This document shows, in pieces, positions 13,171 through 23,296 of a stretch of DNA of 64,000 nucleotides. Within the stretch, counting starts at the first letter, position 1. Each line of letters starts with the position of its first letter. Position numbers and translations under genes: made by a program. Under the pieces are notes generated by a model. It saw nothing but the letters and a program-made list of their open reading frames with translations. It searched no databases and was not told the origin of the DNA. This DNA comes from an uncultured Verrucomicrobiae bacterium (GTDB lineage Bacteria; Verrucomicrobiota; Verrucomicrobiia; Chthoniobacterales; Chthoniobacteraceae). The stretch covers positions 256,001-320,000 of the forward strand of contig CAVYKI010000002.1 in the NCBI GenBank assembly GCA_963769025.1. Direction: 5' to 3'.

Positions 13171-13192
13171 CGCAGCGCCGGCAATTCCAGCG

Positions 13193-13230
13193 ACGGGGCA
13201 CGGTGAAAGCCGTGCCCCGTTTTGCTTTTC
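13193..13230 (+). terminator. Intrinsic terminator after MFS gene
   Basis: Perfect 11-bp stem ACGGGGCACGG/CCGTGCCCCGT with a TGAAAG loop, followed by TTTGCTTTT. Confidence 0.75.
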
Positions 13231-13252
13231 GCGTGGGAAGTGCTGCAGAAAA

Positions 13253-13279
13253 CCTTCGCGCCCCTCGCGCCCTTCGTGG
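13253..13279. repeat. Three tandem degenerate 9-mers (CCTTCGCGC CCCTCGCGC CCTTCGTGG)
   Basis: Directly visible, intergenic, just upstream of the UbiA-family gene. Confidence 0.5.
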
Positions 13280-13296
13280 TTCAACATCCACCGCAC

Positions 13297-14295
13297 ATGC
13301 CCACGAAACTCCGCGCCTGGCTGCAACTCTTCCGCGTCCCCAACCTATTCACGGTCCCGGGCGACCCGCTCGCGGGCTTTCTCATCGCCACTGGCGGCCG
13401 TCTCGATTCGCGCGTGGTGCTCGCCATCCTTGCGAGCCTCTTCCTCTACGCCGCTGGCTTGGCGATGAACGACCTCGCGGATTTCAAGGAAGACCAGCGC
13501 GAGCGGCCGAAGCGTCCGCTGCCAAGCGGTGCCATCCCGCGCGCCGCCGCTTGGCTCGTCACCGGCAATCTCGTCATCTTCGGCCTTGGCATGTGTTTCA
13601 TGGCCGGGCCCGCGGTGGTGCTCATGGGCCTCGGGACGCTTCTCGGCGTGGTGCTCTACAATTTCCTCACCAAAAGAATCCCCGTCGTCGGCGCGCTGAA
13701 CATGGGCGTCTGCCGCGGGTTCAGCCTGCTCATTGGCGCTGCCGCGGGCCTCGCGCCCGATCCGACGCTGCTTGAGGGCGCGTCGCAGCTCGCACCTTTC
13801 CAGCCCGTGCTCGCCGCGATGCTCGCCGGACTCGCACCGATGAGCGGTCAGCGGTTCTTCGTCTTTGCGATCGGCGCAGCGCTGATCATTTCGATCTACA
13901 TCGCCGCGGTCACGAACCTCGCGCGCTTCGAGACGCGCCGCGATTACCCACGGCTTCCTCGCATCCTGCCGCTGGGTGCGCTGCTTCTTGGTTTCGTCGT
14001 GCTGAAACAGGCGACCGATACCCTGCTGCGCGATTCATCACCCGCGCTCTGGCTCGTCGCGATCATCCTTTGCGCGATGAACACCGCCGAGATCATGCGC
14101 GACCCTCCCGCGCCGCTGCCGCCGCGCATCGGCGCGTTCATCCGCATCATGCCGGTCCTGCAGGCCGCGCTGTGCATTTTGCCCAGCGTGCCGACGGGAT
14201 TTCGCAAGACGCCGGAAAGTCTCATCGCTGCGCTCGTGCTGCTCGCGTGTGTGCCGATCCACGGCTGGCTGGGGAAAAAGTTCTACTCGAGTTGA
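13297..14295 (+). CDS. UbiA-family prenyltransferase (EboC-like)
   Basis: [36 protein letters not shown]sp-rich motif, MGVCRG, multiple TM helices. Confidence 0.8.
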   Translation: MPTKLRAWLQLFRVPNLFTVPGDPLAGFLIATGGRLDSRVVLAILASLFLYAAGLAMNDLADFKEDQRERPKRPLPSGAIPRAAAWLVTGNLVIFGLGMCFMAGPAVVLMGLGTLLGVVLYNFLTKRIPVVGALNMGVCRGFSLLIGAAAGLAPDPTLLEGASQLAPFQPVLAAMLAGLAPMSGQRFFVFAIGAALIISIYIAAVTNLARFETRRDYPRLPRILPLGALLLGFVVLKQATDTLLRDSSPALWLVAIILCAMNTAEIMRDPPAPLPPRIGAFIRIMPVLQAALCILPSVPTGFRKTPESLIAALVLLACVPIHGWLGKKFYSS

Positions 14296-14351
14296 GGCCG
14301 CTCCGAACTGCGCGCTTGCCTCGCGTCGCACGTTCGGGATTCGCTCTGCCC

Positions 14352-15290
14352 ATGAAACACCGCCCCTCCAGCATCTCCGCCGATTGGTGGGATTACACCT
14401 GCCTGCCAAAGGATCTCGTGGATGACGTCGCAAGGCTCACGCCGCGCGACATCGAGAAGCTCAGCCGCCCCGGTTTCCGCGTCGTGATGTACGACACGCT
14501 CGAAGATTTCTACCTCGCCGAGGCGCTCGAATACATCGACGCGTGGCGGCAGAGCACGGACGACAATCCGGTCGGCATCTGCGGCCCCATCGGCCCCACG
14601 GAGCAGCTCCCGCTCGTCGCGCGGCTCGTGAACGAACTCGAGATCCCGGTGCGCAGCGGACACTTTTGGGGAATGGACGAATGGTTCGATCCGGCGACGG
14701 GCAAGGAGGTGCCGGTGACGCACCCGCTTTCATTCGAGAAGGCGGATCGCGAGATGTGCTTCAACCGCATCGCGAAAAACCTCCGCATCCCGGACGCGCA
14801 TCTCCATTTCCCGAAGGCTGACACGCGCGCCTACCGCGCGAGCTGGGATGCCGGCGTGAGCTGCGCGGTGATGCAGGGCGGGCAGGGGGACGTGAAGCAC
14901 TGGGCGTTCAACGATCCGCTGCCGCGTCGCGGGAAGTACAAGGCCGCCCCGCCGACGCCCGCGGAGTATCGCAAGCTCACGACGCGGATGGTCGAGCTGC
15001 ACCCGCTCACCATCGCGCAGAACGCGCGCACCAGCGGCGGCGGCAACATTTCGATGATCCCCACGCAGGCGATCACGGTCGGGCCGTTCGAGACGTGGAA
15101 GGCGGAGAAGGTCTCCATCTGGCAGGCGGGCTGCCACGACAATCCCTTCGGCCAGCGGCTCACGGCGTTCATGATTTCCAAGCGCATCGCCGACGCCTGC
15201 GTGCCGATGTCGCTCCTCGCGGATCACCCGAACGTGCAGTTCAATTACTACCGCGGAGGCATCGGCTCGTGCGCGGTGGAGATGCACTGA
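14352..15290 (+). CDS. Glucosamine-6-phosphate deaminase/isomerase-like protein (divergent NagB fold)
   Basis: [50 protein letters not shown]. Confidence 0.75.
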   Translation: MKHRPSSISADWWDYTCLPKDLVDDVARLTPRDIEKLSRPGFRVVMYDTLEDFYLAEALEYIDAWRQSTDDNPVGICGPIGPTEQLPLVARLVNELEIPVRSGHFWGMDEWFDPATGKEVPVTHPLSFEKADREMCFNRIAKNLRIPDAHLHFPKADTRAYRASWDAGVSCAVMQGGQGDVKHWAFNDPLPRRGKYKAAPPTPAEYRKLTTRMVELHPLTIAQNARTSGGGNISMIPTQAITVGPFETWKAEKVSIWQAGCHDNPFGQRLTAFMISKRIADACVPMSLLADHPNVQFNYYRGGIGSCAVEMH

Positions 15291-15302
15291 GCGGCGCGGC
15301 GG

Positions 15303-16052
15303 CTACGGCTTTATGTGCGACACGCGCAGTTGCGAAATCAGCACTGTGCCTGCCGACTGGCCGCGGTCGCCCTTGGAGGGATTGGACTGCGTGTAGCACC
15401 CGGCCTTGAAATAGCAGCCTTCTGCGCGTGTCTCCCACGTCATCGCGAGCCGGTCGTCGCACCAAACGCGGATGCTGCCGCCGCCTGCTTCGACCTTCAG
15501 CCTTACGGGGTCACCTGGCCGGTAGTTTTCCTTGAGCAACACATTCCCGGTCTTGTTGCGCTCGACAAACATCCGCCGCCCTTCCACCCGGATCATCATC
15601 ACATCATCGTTCGCATCGTGGATCTGTGCGCACACCACGTGCGGCTTTTTTTCCGGCAACTGGAGCACGGCCAGCGTCACTTCCATGCGGTGGATGATTC
15701 CGTCATCCGTCGCCCAGGAAGCCCCTTTCTTCGCATCCCGCATTTCGCGGAGTTCCGATCTCGGGTAACGCGAGCCCTTCGTCGTCGCGCCGTCCGCAGG
15801 TGCACGGAAGACGACCCCCGCGCCATCGGCAGCGATGTGAAAAAATGCGGCATCGGTGAAGGTCGCGAGTCCGGGCTGAGTGATCTCCCGCGCGTGCTTC
15901 GAGCCTTGCCCGGCGACCGGAAGGGTCAGTTTCCAAAGACTCAGATCGAGGACTTTTGACGGAAGCTTTGCCGGTGGTGCCGGAGGCGGTTCCTTCGCGA
16001 CAGCGGTCGTGGTGCAGAGCGTGACGGACAGGACGAAAAGCGAAAAGCGCAT
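15303..16052 (-). CDS. Secreted polysaccharide lyase family 7 (alginate lyase-like)
   Basis: Signal peptide plus PL7 motifs WKLTLP, RSELRE, QIH and YFKAGCYTQ. Confidence 0.88.
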   Translation of the reverse strand: MRFSLFVLSVTLCTTTAVAKEPPPAPPAKLPSKVLDLSLWKLTLPVAGQGSKHAREITQPGLATFTDAAFFHIAADGAGVVFRAPADGATTKGSRYPRSELREMRDAKKGASWATDDGIIHRMEVTLAVLQLPEKKPHVVCAQIHDANDDVMMIRVEGRRMFVERNKTGNVLLKENYRPGDPVRLKVEAGGGSIRVWCDDRLAMTWETRAEGCYFKAGCYTQSNPSKGDRGQSAGTVLISQLRVSHIKP

Positions 16053-16079
16053 GGTGAAAATCGGACTGCGGGCGAAGCG

Positions 16080-18980
16080 TCAATCGACAAACAGAAACTC
16101 GTTCGTCTCGAGCAGCACCTGTGCGAAGCGCTCCCAGGGCGTGAAGGGCTGGAGCTTTGGTGCCGGGCCGCCGAACTGCTTCTTCGAGTTGAATTCCATG
16201 CCGTCTGTCGTGCGCAGGACGGTGCGCCACAGGAAGCCGTCGCTGTTGTCCTCGCCCTTGCTTTCCAGGACGAAGTCGAGCGTCTCGCCGACCTTGAGTT
16301 CGATGCGTGGGATGCGGCTGGGGATGGTGCTCTTCGGGCCGGCGTCGAATTCGCCGAGCTGGCCCTGCCGGTCGCTGACGACCCGGCCGCGGACTCCGTT
16401 GCCGGCCGCAGCCGGACGGGCGAGTTCGCCGGAAAGTTCCACCGTCATGTCGCGCGCCGCCGTGAAGCGCCGGATCGCCGCGAGGTCGCGCGACGGATGG
16501 CCGCCTTCCGAGGTGAGGTGGACGTAGCCAAACTTTGCGTCTGGCACCTTCGCGCCGGCCTGCCATGCGGTGCCGCTCCAGTGCGGCAGCGGGGTGAAGG
16601 CGACCTTGCGCGTCGTGTCGTCGTAGTTCCCGTAGCCGTAGCGCCACGTCGGCGCGGGCGCGGGTTGCACGGGCGCGGTCAGCGCGGCTTTCACGTAGTC
16701 GATTGCTGTCCGCACCTCCGAGGGCGTCGCTTTTCGTGAGAGGACGCGCTCGTAGAGGAACTGCACCTGCCGCTCCTCGGGAGCGGTGGATGCAAAGTCG
16801 GGCGCGTCGGTGAGTGCCTCGGCCTGGGCGATGACGAAGGGGCTGTTCATCATGTAGAGGGCCTGTTGCGGGACGCTCGTCGTGGAGCGCTGCGGATTCG
16901 TCATGTCGGGGCTCGCGAAGTCGAAGGTGCGCAGCGTGCCGGGGAGGTTTTGCCGGTCGATGTATGCATAGACCGCGCGGCGGTTCGGGAAGGGCTCCTT
17001 GAAAAGCTGCACCGGTCGGCCGCCGATGGTTTCATCGAGCTTGCCCGCGGCGGCGAGCAGCGCGTCGTGCATCGCCTCCCATTCGAGGCGCTGGCGGTTC
17101 TGCCGCCAGAGCAGGCGGTTCTCCGGGTCAGCCGCCTGCGGGCCTTTTGCCGCCTGCCGTGGATCCGCGGAGGCGAGCTGCGAGGGATGGACGGAGTCCT
17201 GCATCCACGTGCTGCTGAGCAAAATCGTGCGGTGCAGCCTTTTCAGCGACCAACCCTGTCCGGTGAAAGTGGTCGCGAGCCAGTCGAGCAATTCGCCATG
17301 CACGGGAGCCTCGCTGCGCGTGCCGAAGTCGCCCGGCGTCGGTGTGAAGCCGGTGCCGAAGTGGTGCAGCCACACGCGATTGGTGATGACGCGCGCGGTG
17401 AGCGGATTCGTGGGCGCGGTGATGGCCTTCGCGAGATCGAGACGCCCGCTGCCCTGCTTGAAGGGCGCGGCGTCGCCGCCGAGGAACGACGGGAACCTGC
17501 GCGGGACGACGTCGCCCGGGCGCGAGGGATTGCCGCGGAGGAAGACCCGCTGCGTCACCGGCTGCGGCCGGTCGCGGAGCACGTGTGCGCGCGGTGGCGA
17601 GCCGGGATCGAGCGCTAGCTTTACGAGCTTGTTCTTCACCTTGATCCGCTCGTCGAGAAGCTTGCGTGCGATGCGTCCTTTCGAGGCGATGGGGTCAATC
17701 GTGTCGGCAGAAACAAAGATCGAAATGCCGGACGCGATGCGGAGCGAGGCGCTCAGCTTGTCGGCGATTTTCTGATCGGCGTCGCGCAACTCTGCGAGCA
17801 CAACGGCGCGCGCCTTTTCAAAGGCAGGCTCCGCCTTTCCACCGGGGAGCAGCGGGAGCTTCTCGGTGTCGGAGTCCTCCTCGCAGGATGCCATCACGCC
17901 GTAGAGCGCGTAGTAATCCTTCGCCGAGATGGGATCGTATTTGTGGTCGTGGCAGCGCGCGCAACTGACGGTGAGAGACATGGTGCCGCGCATGATGACG
18001 TCGATCCGGTCGTCGATGATGTCGGGCGTGCTGTTCAGGAAGCGCCGGCCGAGGGTGAGGAAGCCGAGCGCTGCGATATCTTCGGCTTTGCCGCCGGAGC
18101 CGGGGACGTCCGCGGCGAGCTGGCGCGTGAGGAACTGGTCGTAAGGCAGATCCTCGTTCAGCGAGCGGATGACCCAGTCGCGGTACGTCCATGCGAACGG
18201 ATACTCGCGGCTCACCCCGCCCGCGAGGTAGCCGCGATGGTCGGCGTAGCGCGCGACATCCAGCCAATGCCGGCCCCAACGCTCTCCGTATCGTGGTGAG
18301 GCAAGCAGACGATCCACGACCTTCGCGAAGGCCTCGCGCAGCGGGGCGGGATCCTTTTCAAAATCGGCAACTGCGGCCATCGTGGGCGGCAGGCCCGTGA
18401 GGTCGAAGGTCGCGCGGCGGATGAGCGTGTAGCGCGATGCGATGGGCGAGGGAGCCAGCCCCGCCGCTTCGAGTTTGGCCAGGACGAACCGATCCACGTC
18501 GCTCTGCGCCCAGTGCGCGGGATCCTTGACCACCGGCACGGCCGGTTTGCGGATCGGCTGGAATGCCCAGTGCGTGCGCGCCAGTTCCGCATTGGAAGGC
18601 GGTGCGTTCTTGTCGTTCTCGGGCCACGGGACACCCATCTTCACCCACTCGGTCAGCGCGGCGATCTTTTCGTCGGAAAGCTTCGGCGCCTTTTCCGGCA
18701 TCATGTAGTCCGACTCGTGGCGGATGCTCTTGATGAACGTGCCCTTCGCCGGTTCGCCTGGGAAAACGACGGGTCCGCTGTCGTTCCCCTTCAGCAGCGC
18801 CTCGCGCGAATCGAGCCGCAGATCGCCCTTCTGCTTTTCCGCGCCGTGGCATTTGTAGCAGTGCTCGATGAGCACGGGCCGCACGGATTTCTCGAAAAAC
18901 TCGACCTGCTCGGGCGTGGGTGCGGCGGCAGCCGTGGAGGCAAGGATGAAGGTGGCGAAAATGCGTCGCATGTACGGCAA
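16080..18980 (-). CDS. Planctomycete cytochrome c / DUF1549 / DUF1553 (PSCyt1-PSCyt2-PSD1) protein
   Basis: FFEKSVRPVL..CYKCH, HWAFQP, YGERWGRHWLDVARYAD, CARCHDHKYDP, SGRLDLA..NPLTARV..NRVW, QALYMMNS, NEFLFVD. Confidence 0.92.
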   Translation of the reverse strand: MPYMRRIFATFILASTAAAAPTPEQVEFFEKSVRPVLIEHCYKCHGAEKQKGDLRLDSREALLKGNDSGPVVFPGEPAKGTFIKSIRHESDYMMPEKAPKLSDEKIAALTEWVKMGVPWPENDKNAPPSNAELARTHWAFQPIRKPAVPVVKDPAHWAQSDVDRFVLAKLEAAGLAPSPIASRYTLIRRATFDLTGLPPTMAAVADFEKDPAPLREAFAKVVDRLLASPRYGERWGRHWLDVARYADHRGYLAGGVSREYPFAWTYRDWVIRSLNEDLPYDQFLTRQLAADVPGSGGKAEDIAALGFLTLGRRFLNSTPDIIDDRIDVIMRGTMSLTVSCARCHDHKYDPISAKDYYALYGVMASCEEDSDTEKLPLLPGGKAEPAFEKARAVVLAELRDADQKIADKLSASLRIASGISIFVSADTIDPIASKGRIARKLLDERIKVKNKLVKLALDPGSPPRAHVLRDRPQPVTQRVFLRGNPSRPGDVVPRRFPSFLGGDAAPFKQGSGRLDLAKAITAPTNPLTARVITNRVWLHHFGTGFTPTPGDFGTRSEAPVHGELLDWLATTFTGQGWSLKRLHRTILLSSTWMQDSVHPSQLASADPRQAAKGPQAADPENRLLWRQNRQRLEWEAMHDALLAAAGKLDETIGGRPVQLFKEPFPNRRAVYAYIDRQNLPGTLRTFDFASPDMTNPQRSTTSVPQQALYMMNSPFVIAQAEALTDAPDFASTAPEERQVQFLYERVLSRKATPSEVRTAIDYVKAALTAPVQPAPAPTWRYGYGNYDDTTRKVAFTPLPHWSGTAWQAGAKVPDAKFGYVHLTSEGGHPSRDLAAIRRFTAARDMTVELSGELARPAAAGNGVRGRVVSDRQGQLGEFDAGPKSTIPSRIPRIELKVGETLDFVLESKGEDNSDGFLWRTVLRTTDGMEFNSKKQFGGPAPKLQPFTPWERFAQVLLETNEFLFVD

Positions 18981-19040
18981 CGGTAACCGCAGGAACCTGC
19001 ATGTCCTTAATGAAAATCGCGCCCGCCGGACGTGACCCGC

Positions 19041-21152
19041 TCAGACCACTTCCTGCAATGACGCCCCGCCGGCCGAGGGCTCCAGGGCGTTGCGGATGAT
19101 GGCGGTGAGCTTTCCGGAAAAATAGGGCTTGGGCAGGTAGTTCACGCCGTCCTCGAGGTGCACGCCGCTGCCGAACAGTTCGCTGCTGTAGCCGCTCGTA
19201 TAGATCACCTTGAGGTTCGGCTTGCTTGCGATGCAGTGGCGCGCGACGTCCAGCCCGTTCGCCTCGCCCGGCATGACCATGTCGGTGAGCAGGAGATCCA
19301 CCTCGTCCCTGCATCCGTGCCAGCGCTCGATGGCAGCATCGCCGGTTTCCGCCTCGATGACGTTGTAATTGAAGCTCTGAAGCACCTCGACCACGAGGGA
19401 GCGCACAGCCTCGTCGTCCTCCACGACCATGATCGTATGGCCGCCGTCGTCCGCGACCGCGTCGGGCTGGTGCATCTCGCCGTGGTCCGGTGCGCGAGTC
19501 GTCGAGGGAAGGTAAACGCGGAAGGTGCTTCCCTTGCCGGGGGCGGAGTCCACCTCCACCCAGCCCTCATGCTGCTTGAGAATGCCGTACACGGTCGCGA
19601 GGCCCATGCCCGTGCCCTTGTTCAGCCCCTTGGTCGTGAAGAACGGCTCGAAGATCCGGTTGCGCGTCGCCTCGTCCATCCCGGTGCCGGTGTCGGCGAC
19701 GGCGAGGCAGATGAACTCGCCGGGACGCGCGTCGGGATGCCGCGCGGAGGCTTCGCTGCCGAGGAGGAGATGCGAAGTGGTGATCGTGATCGTCCCGCCG
19801 TCGGGCATCGCGTCGCGGCTGTTCAGCACGAGATTCATCACCACCTGCTCGACGCTGGTGACATCGGCGAACACCGCACGAAGGCCGTCGGCGAGCGTTG
19901 TCTGCAGGGCGACCTTTTCGCCCAGCAGCCTGTGGAGCATGGCGCCGAGATTGTGGATCGTCTTGTTCAGGTCGAGGACCTGCGGGCGGACCATGTTACG
20001 CCGGCTGAAGGTGAGCAGCTTGCGCGTGAGGTCCGCAGCGCGGCCGGCGGCGCTGCTGATTTGAGTGAGGGAATTCGAAACCGCGGGAGGCGCCCCGGCC
20101 GAGTTCCGGTGCAGGCTCGCGTGGCCTTGGATGATGGTGAGCAGATTGTTGAAGTCGTGCGCGATTCCCGCCGCAAGCTGGCCGATGGCCTCCATCTTCT
20201 GCGCCTGGCGGAGCTGGTTTTCGAGATGGAGCCGGTCGGAGATGTCCTGCGCCATGAGCAGAATGTGCGGCTCGCCCGCGATGGTGAGCGGCTCCAGCGA
20301 GACGAGCGCACTGCGCAGCTCGCCGTCGCGCCCGCCGATCTGCGCCTCCATGTTGCGCACGACTTTGCCGTCGCGCACGGACTGCAGAAAGCGCGTCTCG
20401 TAGTCGAGGCAGAGGCCGAGTTCCAGCGGCGTGTGCCCGGTGACTTCCTCGCGGGTGAAGCCCGTCATCGCGAGGAAGGCATCATTCACGTCCACAAAGC
20501 GCTGGGCCTTGAGCGTCTGGATCGCCTGCGCGATGGGGCTGTTTTGGAAAGCCTTCGTAAACCGCTCCTCGGACAGCGCGTGTTCCTCACTGGCCCGCTG
20601 GAAGGCCGATGTCCGCACGGTGACCATCGACTCGAGTTCGTCGAGCTGCCATTCGGCCTGCCGGGTCACCAGCCATTTTTTTGTCAGCGCGTGCGCCATC
20701 TGCAGCACCTCGGCGCTGTCGAATGGCTTCTTCAGCAGCACGAGATTGTCGCTGATGCCGAGCCGCTCCGTCATCGCCTCCCACGAATAGTCGGAGAACG
20801 CCGTGCAGACGACGACCTGCAGCGACGGATCCACCTTCCAGAGCTGCTCGATGGTCTCGATGCCGTCCCAGCCCGGAGGCATCCGCACATCCATGAACGC
20901 CAGCGCGTACGGTTCACCTTTTTGGATGGCCTGACGCACTTTCTCGAGTGCCTCCTGACCCTGAAATGCGGATTCGATCGTGAAATTCGCCAGCCCGTGC
21001 TTTGCGCGCGGCTTCTCCTCGAAGAGCATGGCCTCCGCGTCGTCGAGCGCGTCGTTCCGCACCTGCGACTCCAGCAGGACCTTCTTGAAATCCTCGTGGA
21101 TCGCCGGGTTGTCATCCACCAGCAGGATGCGCCGGTTGGCGTTCAGGATCAT
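19041..21152 (-). CDS. Cytoplasmic hybrid sensor histidine kinase (REC-PAS-HisKA-HATPase-REC)
   Basis: ILLVDD..FMDVRMPPGWDG, a PAS domain, AGIAHDFNNLL H-box, FEPFFTTK, GTGMGLA, and a C-terminal LLTDMVMPG. AAGGAGG Shine-Dalgarno before the ATG. Confidence 0.93.
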   Translation of the reverse strand: MILNANRRILLVDDNPAIHEDFKKVLLESQVRNDALDDAEAMLFEEKPRAKHGLANFTIESAFQGQEALEKVRQAIQKGEPYALAFMDVRMPPGWDGIETIEQLWKVDPSLQVVVCTAFSDYSWEAMTERLGISDNLVLLKKPFDSAEVLQMAHALTKKWLVTRQAEWQLDELESMVTVRTSAFQRASEEHALSEERFTKAFQNSPIAQAIQTLKAQRFVDVNDAFLAMTGFTREEVTGHTPLELGLCLDYETRFLQSVRDGKVVRNMEAQIGGRDGELRSALVSLEPLTIAGEPHILLMAQDISDRLHLENQLRQAQKMEAIGQLAAGIAHDFNNLLTIIQGHASLHRNSAGAPPAVSNSLTQISSAAGRAADLTRKLLTFSRRNMVRPQVLDLNKTIHNLGAMLHRLLGEKVALQTTLADGLRAVFADVTSVEQVVMNLVLNSRDAMPDGGTITITTSHLLLGSEASARHPDARPGEFICLAVADTGTGMDEATRNRIFEPFFTTKGLNKGTGMGLATVYGILKQHEGWVEVDSAPGKGSTFRVYLPSTTRAPDHGEMHQPDAVADDGGHTIMVVEDDEAVRSLVVEVLQSFNYNVIEAETGDAAIERWHGCRDEVDLLLTDMVMPGEANGLDVARHCIASKPNLKVIYTSGYSSELFGSGVHLEDGVNYLPKPYFSGKLTAIIRNALEPSAGGASLQEVV

Positions 21153-21292
21153 GCCGACGCCTCCTTGCGGGCAGGCCCCGTGCCCGTATCAGCGGTGTCC
21201 GGAAACGCGCGTCGGGCCGCCAGACCGCAGGTCTGTCGGTCGCAGGGAAGCGGGTCGGCGCTCCCCGGTTTCCGGGAGTTGTTCTTCAGCAT
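21149..21292 (-). CDS. Putative 47-aa small protein translationally coupled to the kinase
   Basis: MLKNNSRKPGSADPLPCDRQTCGLAARRAFPDTADTGTGPARKEASA*. Its TGA overlaps the kinase ATG (ATGA). Confidence 0.3.
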   Translation of the reverse strand: MLKNNSRKPGSADPLPCDRQTCGLAARRAFPDTADTGTGPARKEASA

Positions 21293-21328
21293 GTCGGCGA
21301 TGTGGCTGGCTTTCAGGGCCATTACCCT

Positions 21329-21344
21329 AGCAATTCCAGTTCCA
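21329..21344 (-). promoter_or_regulatory. Candidate sigma54 promoter for the small ORF/kinase unit
   Basis: Minus strand TGGAAC-TGGAA-TTGCT, one mismatch to TGGCAC-N5-TTGCW, exact spacing, intergenic. Confidence 0.55.
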
Positions 21345-21493
21345 CGGCCGTCTCTCTTGCGGCGATAGACAAAATTTCATTTTTCCCAGTCGGCTGCCCA
21401 GTGGCCTGGCCTAAGATGGCGGCCCGGAGGCCCGGCCTAAGATTTTCCGCGACTCCGGGCTCTCCCTGCGCTCACATCCCGACTCTCCAACCC

Positions 21494-22324
21494 ATGACCA
21501 CGACCCCGCGCATCCTCACAGCCCTCATCGCCACCACCACCCTCGCCTTCGCCGAGGACAAGCCGAAAAAGCCTATCGGCTATCAGGACACGCCCGTCAT
21601 CCCCGGCACGAAGTGGCACGTCCATGACGGCGAGCGCCCGCAGCCCGTGGTCGTAACGCCCGGCGCAAAGCCCGGCGACGCCCCGAGCGATGCGATCGTC
21701 CTTTTCGACGGCAAGGATTTTTCAAAATGGAAGAGCTCCAAGGGTGACGAGGCGAAGTGGAAGGTCGAGAATGGCTACGTCGAAGTCGCTCCGAAGAGTG
21801 GCGATGTCTTTACGAAGGATGAGTTCGGCCCCGACTTCCAACTCCACCTCGAATTCGCCACCCCGCCGCCCGTCGGCGACGGCCAGGGCCGCGGCAACAG
21901 CGGCATCTTCCTCTTCGGCAAATACGAAATCCAGATCCTCGACAGCTACCAAAACCCCACCTACGCCGACGGCGGCGCCACCGCCATCTACGGCTACATG
22001 CCCCCGCGCGTGAACGCCTCGCGCCCTCCCGGCCAGTGGCAGACCTACGACATCCTCTGCGAAGGACCCCGCTTCAAGGACGGCAAACTCGCGAAGCCGC
22101 TCACGGTCACCGTCCTCCATAACGGAGTCGTGACACAAAACCACACCGCCCTCATCGGCGGCACCCCGCACAAGCAGGTCGGCACCTACGCCGCGCACGG
22201 CGAGAAAGGCCCGCTCAAGCTCCAGGACCACGGCAATCCGATGCGTTTCCGCAACATCTGGATCCGCGAAATCCACATGCCCACCGCCGCCGACATCGGC
22301 GACGGCCCGAAGATCGGCCAGTAG
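21494..22324 (+). CDS. DUF1080 / 3-keto-disaccharide hydrolase family protein, secreted
   Basis: Signal peptide, PSDAIVLFDG, LHLEF, RGNSGIF, YEIQILDS, WQTYDI, LQDHGNPMRFRNIW. Confidence 0.9.
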   Translation: MTTTPRILTALIATTTLAFAEDKPKKPIGYQDTPVIPGTKWHVHDGERPQPVVVTPGAKPGDAPSDAIVLFDGKDFSKWKSSKGDEAKWKVENGYVEVAPKSGDVFTKDEFGPDFQLHLEFATPPPVGDGQGRGNSGIFLFGKYEIQILDSYQNPTYADGGATAIYGYMPPRVNASRPPGQWQTYDILCEGPRFKDGKLAKPLTVTVLHNGVVTQNHTALIGGTPHKQVGTYAAHGEKGPLKLQDHGNPMRFRNIWIREIHMPTAADIGDGPKIGQ

Positions 22325-22426
22325 CCCCGGAGCCGCCGACGGAACGAATGGCGCGGAGCGACAGCTCCGCCGGACTTGGACCCGCAGCGCAGCGCCACTG
22401 ACCCGCTGACGTACGTGCGGCGGGTT

Positions 22427-23158
22427 CTACTTTCCCGCCATCGCCTCGTAGTGCAGCCGGGCGACCTGGCCCATGTAGCCGGGGCCGCCGCGGGCGCCGG
22501 ACTTGAGCGCGAGGTCGACGGCCTTGGCGAGATGTTCGCGGGCGGCGTCCTTCTGGCCGAGGAGATCCTCGTTCAGGCCGACGTAGTAGTGGGCGAAGAA
22601 CATCACGAGCGCATCTTCGCCGAGGCCCTTCTTCTCCATCTCGGCGAGCACCTCCGCGCCGGTCTTTTTCCCGGCGAACATCTCGTACAGCGCGGGGAAC
22701 GGCTCGCGGTCGAAGCGCGTGTATCCGAGCATCGCGGTGCGCGCCTTTTCGATGCCGACGACACGCGCATTTGCGAGGAACTGCCACACGCCGTTCTCGC
22801 GGTCGCGGCTGTCGTAGGCGTGATATTTCTCAAACTGCTTCGCCGACTTCGCGAAGTCGCCCGCGAAGAGATACGCGATGCCGAGCCGCCAGTGCTGCAC
22901 ATCGTGCGAGGGCTCGATGGTGATTTCCTTTTCAAAGTCCGCGACCGCGCCTTTTGCATCGCCGAGGAAAAGCCGCGCATCTCCGCGCCGCGTGAGCCAC
23001 TCCGCGCTCGACGGCTCCTTCGCGAGCGCCGCGTCCGCCTCGGTTCGTGATTTCTCAAATGCGGAGATCATCGCCGCGCGCACTTCTGCGGAAATCGGTG
23101 GCTCGGCGGCGAAGGTGGCGGACACGACGTAGAGGAGGGGGAGAAGGAATCGGATCAT
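22427..23158 (-). CDS. Secreted TPR protein (NlpI-like)
   Basis: Signal peptide, TPR-like helices (RRGDARLFLG..AVADF, WRLGIAYLFAG), and FFAHYYVGL. Confidence 0.7.
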   Translation of the reverse strand: MIRFLLPLLYVVSATFAAEPPISAEVRAAMISAFEKSRTEADAALAKEPSSAEWLTRRGDARLFLGDAKGAVADFEKEITIEPSHDVQHWRLGIAYLFAGDFAKSAKQFEKYHAYDSRDRENGVWQFLANARVVGIEKARTAMLGYTRFDREPFPALYEMFAGKKTGAEVLAEMEKKGLGEDALVMFFAHYYVGLNEDLLGQKDAAREHLAKAVDLALKSGARGGPGYMGQVARLHYEAMAGK

Positions 23159-23296
23159 GGGGAGGGAAGTAGGAGCGAGTTTTCCGATGCGGGATGCAGG
23201 ATGCAACAGCGCAGCCACGGAAAGCGCGGCACACGCGGCGCGTCGTGCAGAGCTTTGACGCCGTCCCACATTGCGTATCCAGTGCGGCTTCCTTCC

